Shown: in pieces, positions 26,579-31,029 of the stretch
Position numbering within the stretch: position 1 is the first letter of the stretch
Layout of the letters: the number at the start of each line of letters is the position of its first letter
NCBI GenBank assembly: GCA_037441705.1
Contig: JBBIRR010000043.1
Coordinates: 1 to 31,029 of the forward strand
DNA: 31,029 nt
From: Ignavibacteriales bacterium
Lineage (GTDB): Bacteria; Bacteroidota; Ignavibacteria; UBA10030; UBA6906
Reading direction: 5' to 3'
Notes under the pieces: generated by a model
Told to the model about the DNA's origin: nothing
The model's input: the letters and a program-made list of their open reading frames with translations, nothing else
Databases searched by the model: none
Made by a program: the position numbers and the translations under genes

Positions 26579-27976
26579 ATGGCTGATCGTTCGTTCGATG
26601 TTGTTGTTCTTGGTGGAGGTCCCGGTGGCTACACGGCGGCCATCCGCGCAGCACAGCTCGGCTTCAGCACAGGCATCATCGAAGCCGACAGACTCGGTGG
26701 CGTCTGCCTGAACTGGGGATGCATTCCGACCAAAGCACTGTTGAAGAACGCTGAGATCCTCCATCAGTTCAAGAAAGCGAGCGAGTGGGGGATTTCATAC
26801 GACAATCTGAAGTTCGACTTCGGCAAGATCATCAAGCGTAGCCGCGACATCTCCGACAGGATCTCCAAAGGCGTGGAGTTTTTGATGAAGAAAAATAAGA
26901 TTGATTACATGCCCGGCTACGGCACGCTGTGCGGCGGCAATTCTATCGAAGTGAAGCCGAAGGAAGGTGCCGCGTTCAAAGTCACCGCCAAGCACATCAT
27001 CATCGCCACGGGAGCGCGTGCCCGCTCGCTGCCCGGCGTGACAATCGACCGCAAGCGGATCATCACGAGCACCGAGGCAATGACGTTATCCGAGCAGCCC
27101 GCAGCAATGATTGTGATAGGCGCAGGCGCTATCGGAGTCGAGTTCGCTTACTTCTACAACGCGCTCGGAACCAAAGTCACCCTCGTTGAAATGATGCCCG
27201 GGATCCTGCCGATCGAGGATCGTGAGCTGACGAAGGAGTTGGAGAAGAGTTTCAAGAAGCAGGGCATCGAAATTCTGACCCAAACAAAAGTCGAAAGCGC
27301 ACAGACTTCGACGTCCGGCGTTAAGGTCGTTGTCAGCGGACCGGAGGGGAAGAAGGAGCTGCACGCCGACGTCGCGTTGATGGCAATCGGCGTGCAGGGA
27401 AACGTGGAAGGATTCGGGCTGGAGAAAGTGGGCGTGGAGGTGGAACGGAATCACATCAAAGTGGACACAGACTACCGGACGAACGTGCCGGGCATCTACG
27501 CCATCGGCGACGTGATCGGGCCGCCGTGGCTCGCGCATGTTGCCAGTGCCGAGGGCATTCATTGTGTCGAAGCCATCAAAGGCTTGAATCCTGAACCCAT
27601 CGACTACTCGACGATTCCCGGCTGTACGTACTGTCAGCCGCAGATTGCCAGTGTGGGATTGACGGAAGAGAAGGCGCGAGAAGAAGGATATGAGTTGAGA
27701 ATCGGCAAGTTTCCGTTCCGTCCGTTGGGCAAGGCCATCGCCATCGGTGAAACGGAAGGAATGGTGAAGCTGATTTTCGATGCGAAATACGGCGAGCTGC
27801 TCGGCGCACACATTCTGGGCAGCGAAGCAACCGAGATGATTGCCGAGCTTGCGCTTGCTAAGAAGCTCGAAGCGACGGGCAAGTCCATTTTCCACACCGT
27901 GCATGCTCATCCGACATTGAGCGAAGCAGTGATGGAAGCGGCGGCGGCGGCGTATGGAGAGGCGATAAATATCTGA
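26579..27976 (+). CDS. lpdA: dihydrolipoyl dehydrogenase (E3)
   Basis: GGGPGGY FAD motif, redox-active GGVCLNWGCIPTK, GAGAIGVE NAD motif and C-terminal HAHPTLSE. Confidence 0.97.
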   Translation: MADRSFDVVVLGGGPGGYTAAIRAAQLGFSTGIIEADRLGGVCLNWGCIPTKALLKNAEILHQFKKASEWGISYDNLKFDFGKIIKRSRDISDRISKGVEFLMKKNKIDYMPGYGTLCGGNSIEVKPKEGAAFKVTAKHIIIATGARARSLPGVTIDRKRIITSTEAMTLSEQPAAMIVIGAGAIGVEFAYFYNALGTKVTLVEMMPGILPIEDRELTKELEKSFKKQGIEILTQTKVESAQTSTSGVKVVVSGPEGKKELHADVALMAIGVQGNVEGFGLEKVGVEVERNHIKVDTDYRTNVPGIYAIGDVIGPPWLAHVASAEGIHCVEAIKGLNPEPIDYSTIPGCTYCQPQIASVGLTEEKAREEGYELRIGKFPFRPLGKAIAIGETEGMVKLIFDAKYGELLGAHILGSEATEMIAELALAKKLEATGKSIFHTVHAHPTLSEAVMEAAAAAYGEAINI

Positions 27977-28052
27977 GCCGTGTGGAAACTTCACCAGCAT
28001 GACGTAGTAAGTCAAACGAAATAGGAATCAAATACGTCAAGAGGGATAGGTC

Positions 28053-30158
28053 GTGGCTTCAACAAAAATAGTGAAGAACGCAAGAACAGAGACACGCGAG
28101 CGCAGCGGCAACGGGGAGACGTCTGTTGCCCCGACGGATAACGTTTTCGCTCGTCTCTCGAAGGAACAGCTTCTGGGCGCGTACAGAAACTGTGTCACTG
28201 CCCGTTTGATCGATCAGAAGATTCTTGTCCTGTTGAAGCAGGGCAAAGTCTTCTTTCACATCGGCGGCTCCGGACACGAAGTCGCGCAAACGGCGACTGC
28301 GCTGGCAATGAGGCCCGGCTACGATTGGGCGTATCCGTACTATCGTGATCTCGCGTTCTCTCTGCAGTTCGGGTACACAATTGAAGAGATCATGCTCGAG
28401 GCGCTGCACCGCAAGGGTGGTCCCAGCAGCAACGGCTACGCGATGCCGTTCCACTACGGACACAAGAAGCATCGCATCATTGCGCAATCATCGCCGACCG
28501 GCACACAATTCTTGCAAGCGGTCGGCACCGCCATGGGTGCAGTGAAGGATGGGAAAGACGAAGTCGTGTATGTCTCATCCGGCGAAGGGGCGACAAGTGA
28601 GGGCGAGTTTCATGAGGCGGTGAATTGGGCCTCACGCGGTCGCTTTCCGGTCATCTTCCTCATTCAAAATAACAAGTTTGCGATCTCTGTCCCCGTCAAA
28701 GATCAGCTTGCGGGCGAGAGTGTGTACGGCATGACGAAGGGCTACGAAGGACTGAACCGCTATCGCGTGGATGGCTGCGACTTCAAAGCAATGTATGAGG
28801 TCGTAGCAGAGGCCGTGGCGAACGCGCGTGCCGGCAAAGGACCAGCCGTCATCGAAGCGGATACCGTGCGACTGCTGCCGCATTCATCTTCGGACGATCA
28901 GCGGAAGTATCGCACGGAGGCGGAGTTAGAAGAGGATCGAAAGAAAGATCCGATACCGCGATTCGAAAAACTGCTCGTTGAACTTGGCGTTGCATCCGAA
29001 GGCGATTTCCCTCGCATCAAACAAGAGATTCAGGAACATATCGACCGCGCGGCTGAGTGGGCGGAAGAGCAGCCGCTGCCGCCCGTCGAGTCGTTGGAAC
29101 GTTACGTGTACTCGCCGCGCATCGTCGTTCCGAAGCAAGGCTTTGTCGAGCCGGAGCACAAAGGTCCGAACGTTGTGATGGTTGATGCTATCAACCACGC
29201 TCTCGCGGAAGAGATGGCGCACAACCCGAAAATGCTCATCTACGGAGAAGACGTTGCCGGCAACAAAGGAGGAGTCTTCACGGCAACGAAAGGACTGACG
29301 GCGAAGTTCGGCGAGGAGCGCGTCTTCAATTCGCCGCTCGCGGAAGCGAGCATTGTCGGAACGGCGTTCGGTCTTGCAGTGCGCGGTGATTTCAAGCCGG
29401 TGGTCGAGATTCAGTTTGGCGATTACATCTGGCCTGCCTTCATGCAGATTCGCGATGAGGTCGCGATGCTGCGCTTCCGATCGTACAATCAATGGTCGTG
29501 TCCGATGGTGATCCGTGTTGCTGTCGGCGGCTATATTCACGGCGGACTCTATCACAGTCAGAGCATTGACGGATTCTTCACGCACATTCCCGGCATCCAG
29601 GTCGTGTTTCCCTCCAACGCTGCCGATGCGAAAGGGCTGTTGAAGACCGCGTGCCGCGAAGAGAATCCCGTTCTCTTTTGCGAGCACAAGGGCTTGTATC
29701 GTCAAGGCTTCGCTTCATCGGCCGAACCGGATGAAAACTTCCTTCTTCCGTTCGGTCTTGCCAAAGTCAAGAAACCCGGCGACGATGTCACCATCATTAC
29801 CTGGGGCATGTTGGTGCAACGTTCGCTCGATGCGGCGCGAAAAATCGAGCAGCAATACGGTGCGAGTGTGGAAGTTATCGATTTGCGTACACTGATTCCT
29901 CTGGACAAAGAGACTGTGTTGAACTCTGTTTGGAAAACCGGGAAAGTGCTGATCGTTCACGAAGACACGCTGACGGGCGGCTTCGGGGCGGAAATCTCTG
30001 CCATCATCGCCGCCGAAGCATTCGAGCGACTCGATGCACCGATTCTTCGAGTGGCAGCCAAAGATACGCCCGTGCCGTACGGACCGGAGTTAGAGAATGC
30101 CATGTTGCCGCAGGAGGCGGATGTGGTGCGGGCGCTGGAGAAGTTGGTGAGGTATTAA
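28053..30158 (+). CDS. 2-oxoacid dehydrogenase E1, fused alpha/beta subunits (probably branched-chain 2-oxoisovalerate dehydrogenase)
   Basis: Alpha part has GHE, PYYRD, the TPP motif GEGATSEG...QNN and PHSSSDD. Beta part has GEDV...[21 protein letters not shown] and [14 protein letters not shown] start with GAGGGA upstream. Confidence 0.93.
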   Translation: MASTKIVKNARTETRERSGNGETSVAPTDNVFARLSKEQLLGAYRNCVTARLIDQKILVLLKQGKVFFHIGGSGHEVAQTATALAMRPGYDWAYPYYRDLAFSLQFGYTIEEIMLEALHRKGGPSSNGYAMPFHYGHKKHRIIAQSSPTGTQFLQAVGTAMGAVKDGKDEVVYVSSGEGATSEGEFHEAVNWASRGRFPVIFLIQNNKFAISVPVKDQLAGESVYGMTKGYEGLNRYRVDGCDFKAMYEVVAEAVANARAGKGPAVIEADTVRLLPHSSSDDQRKYRTEAELEEDRKKDPIPRFEKLLVELGVASEGDFPRIKQEIQEHIDRAAEWAEEQPLPPVESLERYVYSPRIVVPKQGFVEPEHKGPNVVMVDAINHALAEEMAHNPKMLIYGEDVAGNKGGVFTATKGLTAKFGEERVFNSPLAEASIVGTAFGLAVRGDFKPVVEIQFGDYIWPAFMQIRDEVAMLRFRSYNQWSCPMVIRVAVGGYIHGGLYHSQSIDGFFTHIPGIQVVFPSNAADAKGLLKTACREENPVLFCEHKGLYRQGFASSAEPDENFLLPFGLAKVKKPGDDVTIITWGMLVQRSLDAARKIEQQYGASVEVIDLRTLIPLDKETVLNSVWKTGKVLIVHEDTLTGGFGAEISAIIAAEAFERLDAPILRVAAKDTPVPYGPELENAMLPQEADVVRALEKLVRY
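30095..30158 (+). repeat. direct repeat copy 1 (64 nt, the current 3' end of the E1 gene)
   Basis: GAATGCCATGTTGCCGCAGGAGGCGGATGTGGTGCGGGCGCT followed by GGAGAAGTTGGTGAGGTATTAA. Confidence 0.95.
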
Positions 30159-30187
30159 GTGAAACGCTGTGAATTCCGAGTCCAAAG

Positions 30188-30472
30188 ATGACGCGAGAAG
30201 AGATACAAGCGAAGATTATTGGGTTTTTGAAGCAGCACAACGCCAAACGGATCGGCTTTTTTGGGTCCTTTGCTCGGAAAGAAGATACGCCAACGAGTGA
30301 CATTGATGTGCTTGTGGATTTCGAACGTGGGATTACATACTTCAAGCTGGCTCGCTTGGAGCAAGAGCTGTCTGAACTTGTGGGACGTAAGGTTGATCTG
30401 GTAACGGATGTAGATTTGAACCCCCAATTCATGAATGCGATCCTGCACGACCTTAATGTAATCTACCAGTGA
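30188..30472 (+). CDS. mntA: minimal nucleotidyltransferase antitoxin (MNT, MntA-like)
   Basis: 94 aa with FGSFAR......SDIDVLVDF and the C-terminal L..LVGRKVDLVT. GTGA overlap with the HEPN gene. Confidence 0.9.
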   Translation: MTREEIQAKIIGFLKQHNAKRIGFFGSFARKEDTPTSDIDVLVDFERGITYFKLARLEQELSELVGRKVDLVTDVDLNPQFMNAILHDLNVIYQ

Positions 30473-30804
30473 ACCGTGATATTGAGTATTTGAAGCATAT
30501 CCGTGAAAGTTCTGAACTCGTTTTGCAGTGGATGCAGGGTGTGTCCCTTGAGGATTTCCTGGCTGACATGAAGCTGGTCGATGCCGTGATACGCAGACTT
30601 GAAATTATCGGCGAGGCATCTACGAGAATAGGCTCAACCTTCAAGAGCAAGTTCCCTGAGATCACTTGGCGCGAAATGAAGGCTATGCGCAACAAGCTTA
30701 TTCACGAATACGACAGAGTCAACTTGCGGGCTTCTACTGTTCAAGAAGATTTGCCTAACTTGCGAGATCAGGTAGTTGCAGTGCTCGATAAGCAATCTCG
30801 TTAG
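30469..30804 (+). CDS. hepT: HEPN / DUF86 ribonuclease toxin (HepT-like)
   Basis: AVIRRLEIIGEA, PEITW..MKAM and the HEPN motif RNKLIH followed by EY. Confidence 0.9.
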   Translation: MNRDIEYLKHIRESSELVLQWMQGVSLEDFLADMKLVDAVIRRLEIIGEASTRIGSTFKSKFPEITWREMKAMRNKLIHEYDRVNLRASTVQEDLPNLRDQVVAVLDKQSR

Positions 30805-30812
30805 ACTCGCAG

Positions 30813-30876
30813 GAATGCCATGTTGCCGCAGGAGGCGGATGTGGTGCGGGCGCTCGAAAGGCTGGTACGATACTAA
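30813..30876 (+). repeat. direct repeat copy 2 (displaced, synonymously diverged E1 3' end)
   Basis: The first 42 nt are identical to 30095-30136. The remaining CGAAAGGCTGGTACGATACTAA has 8 mismatches in 22 nt and still encodes ...ALERLVRY*. Confidence 0.95.
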
Positions 30877-30891
30877 TCATTGGAGGTTACG

Positions 30892-31015
30892 ATGAGACTC
30901 AAGGTTGTGTTAGAAGAAAGTGAAGATGGAGGAGGCAATAGAGCTGTACTTAGAGCCTGTCGAGGATGATATAGTCATATCAGAGAAATCTCTTGTTCAG
31001 GAGATTGAAGTGTGA
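30892..31015 (+). pseudogene. hicB: HicB family antitoxin with an internal deletion and frameshift
   Basis: GGAGG SD, then MRLKVVLEESEDGG. In the +1 frame from 30932 the sequence reads EAIELYLEPVEDDIVISEKSLVQEIEV*. The usual middle segment (Y.V.VP.LPGC...G.T.EEAL.N) is absent. Confidence 0.75.
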
Positions 31016-31029
31016 GCAAAGTTCCGAGT
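31012..31029 (+). CDS. probable HicA family toxin, only the first 6 codons in the window (MSKVPS)
   Basis: The GTG overlaps the hicB stop (GTGA). Position and N-terminus are typical of hicB-hicA pairs, but it is too short to confirm. Confidence 0.45.

Noticed and set aside
28000-28039. TGACGTA...TACGTCA inverted repeat between lpdA and E1
   Set aside because: It is only 7 bp with a long AT-rich loop and no U-tract, too weak to call.
31022-31029. TTCCGAGT matching 30174-30181
   Set aside because: It is an 8-nt match at the window edge inside the probable hicA codons and is compatible with chance.

Overview
GC-rich window from a Bacteroidota-Chlorobiota-Ignavibacteriota-like bacterium. The lineage is inferred from three proteins ending in an L.QNYPNPFNP.T.I T9SS-type C-terminal domain and from a fused E1 alpha/beta dehydrogenase. 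Left to right: a 5'-truncated M61/PDZ peptidase, a small membrane protein, an RND efflux pair and a convergent MpaB/DUF2236 oxygenase-like gene. Next is a minus-strand housekeeping operon (fni, GGPP synthase, HPr, PTS enzyme I, PGI/PMI), then tRNA-Ser(UGA) and yjbQ. A ~13 kb plus-strand block follows, with three T9SS cargo proteins, a beta-propeller HisKA_3 sensor kinase, two response regulators and a lipoprotein. A ~770 nt 'intergenic' gap holds an unannotated 33-aa ORF with SD and terminator, plus a promoter-to-terminator ~190-nt structured RNA candidate. After lpdA and the fused E1 gene come stacked toxin-antitoxin modules. The most striking observation is that the last 64 nt of the E1 gene are repeated after the mntA-hepT pair: 42 nt are identical, and the tail is recoded almost entirely synonymously (ALEKLVRY* vs ALERLVRY*). 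An internally deleted hicB and the start of hicA follow that copy. This looks like integrase-less TA cassettes that enter by swapping the 3' end of a housekeeping gene. All calls come from reading motifs by eye; no database search was run.
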